Positions 62,401 through 64,000 of a stretch of DNA of 64,000 nucleotides are shown one piece after another. Source of the DNA: Botryllus schlosseri (lineage: Eukaryota); NCBI GenBank assembly GCA_051294905.1, contig CM119378.1:2296001-2360000 (forward strand), in the 5' to 3' direction. The notes below the pieces were generated by a model that saw only the letters and a list, made by a program, of their open reading frames with translations, ran no database searches and had not been told where the DNA came from. The first letter of the stretch is position 1. The number at the start of each line of letters is the position of its first letter. Both the position numbers and the translations under genes were made by a program.

Positions 62401-64000
62401 ATTATCAATGAAGCAATATGTCTGGGCGAGTAGTTAAATGGGTCTCGTCGAATTTTCACGTTGGCCACCCACTAGCAATAAGATAACCCCCACAGCCACA
62501 AGGATCTTAATCAGTTTCGCTTTCAAGATATCAGATGGCGTTAATTGCTGTCTTGATTTCCTAGGCTTTTTCCGCTCATACATGGATGCAAGCAACAACC
62601 TAAGCAGCTAGTCAGTACCGGAATATTGCGCACTGACGGAAGTTTGATAAGACCTTAGTATGCTGTACTGTCTCACCATGCTCGTAAACCTTACTTACAA
62701 TCAACCAACAAACGAAAAATCAACGAAATATATCTCCCAGCAAAGGTGATAGTAGCACTCCACAACGGAACATAGCTTAATGAAGTGTATGCAGTCAACC
62801 TTATCCGCGCACAAGCTGATTTCGGCGGGAGTAGACCTTACAGCGTTAGGGAGCGTGGCAGTTTCCAATCATTGTATATATATCATTGGTCACATCTGAA
62901 TGCTATGATGACGTAATGAAACAAGCAAGGTAAATAACCTTCGGGGGATTCCCTTAGTCACGACCTAGTCTTTCTACGAGGGAAAGCTTCAAGCGCCTAT
63001 TCTTCTTTCGGCTCATTTAAGAGCATCGCCAGATCGCATGCCTCATAGGAATTAATGAAAACGACTGATTTCACAGTTATGTGTTACACCCGGCACACAA
63101 ATTGCAATATAAATCTGCCGGAAAGAAGCAGAGAAACTTGGAATTGAAGAAAAAATTAAAGTCTACATAGTAGATTCTTTGGTGTTTCATGCACACCAAA
63201 GATTCTACTAATTGTAGACAGGTGTGACACTGGGAACACCAAATACATTGCGCTCAAGTTCCGTTCATATCAAATCAGAATTCATTCCAGACATGCCACT
63301 CCTGGGTTTTCCACCCAGAGACCCAGATCTGGGATTTTCGAGCATCATCTGGGTTTCTGCATGTATGGAATCGGTGTCCTGTGCTCACGGTGTGAGCCTC
63401 ACACTGTTTTATTTTTCAATAATTTTTTGTTGAATTACTTAAACCTGGAAAATCATCGCTGCTCACCTGATATATCAGGCAAAACGGCTTGCGATTCCAG
63501 TCAGGGGTTTCTGGGTTTTTGTTCTTGAAATTCAACGTCATGTTCGCTACGTTAATTGTATGTTCAAAAAATCGATTATATTAGATTAGTAAGATCATAA
63601 TGTCGTAAAATGCTCGAGCTTCAGCTGTCGATTGACTGTTTGATTGCTGCATTGTCGATGGATTTCGTTGTATTTCAAGGACAGAGTCTTGAGTGTTTCA
63701 CTACTAAAATCAGAGGCCTTGACATGATGCTATGGAGCTTTGTTGAATAACAACTCCCAGCTTGCACAAAGTCATGTTCATAGGGAAACTCATCAGAACT
63801 GTTTCTTACAATTTAAAACGATTCAATGCTTGCGTCACTCCAACAAATTTGTCGTGCATCAATAAATAAAATAAGATCTTGGTTACTTCCACACTAAATT
63901 TAACGTCCGCTTGCAAAGTAATAATTTTATTTATACCACAAGCTTTCGGAGGCATACGCGCACCACTTATTTTCGTAGTAATAGAGAGAGAGATCAGATT

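Larger units (their letters stand above)
56244..62888. mobile_element. Full-length P-superfamily DNA transposon (6645 bp) with two convergent genes
   Basis: 29-bp TIRs CAATGATATA(A/T)ATACAATGATTGGAAACT (56244-56272, 62860-62888; 28/29 match) and a perfect 8-bp TSD GTCACATC (56236-56243, 62889-62896). Confidence 0.95.

Noticed and set aside
56244..62888. Classifying the two-gene element as Kolobok/Harbinger, or as a domesticated THAP9 host gene
   Set aside because: The 8-bp TSD, CA...TG termini and P-type motifs (DE.K, D.PHL.K..RN, QD.LE) indicate the P superfamily rather than TTAA- or 3-bp-TSD elements. Intact TIRs and TSD argue against domestication.

Overview
Eukaryotic, AT-rich, transposon-dense animal DNA. 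A marine invertebrate such as an ascidian is plausible, but that is inference. Six host genes all have single-exon coding regions: a full-length MOV10-type RNA helicase, two tandem lysosomal-type histidine acid phosphatases (the second with degenerate catalytic motifs), two divergently oriented type II membrane glycosyltransferase-like paralogs (plus a relic of a third), and a death-domain caspase with a QICRG active site. Intergenic DNA is filled with nested hAT MITEs with readable 8-bp TSDs, tRNA-derived SINEs, LINE 3' ends, a Sola2-like foldback element, a probable LTR relic and a ~915-bp near-perfect palindrome. The standout is a complete 6.6-kb P-superfamily transposon (56244-62888; 29-bp TIRs, perfect GTCACATC TSD) carrying two convergent spliced genes. 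One is an 8-exon THAP-DDE transposase that stops ~50 aa after its catalytic Glu. The other, on the opposite strand, resembles the missing P/THAP9 C-terminal domain, suggesting a split, two-component P transposase. All calls come from reading the sequence by eye; no searches were run.
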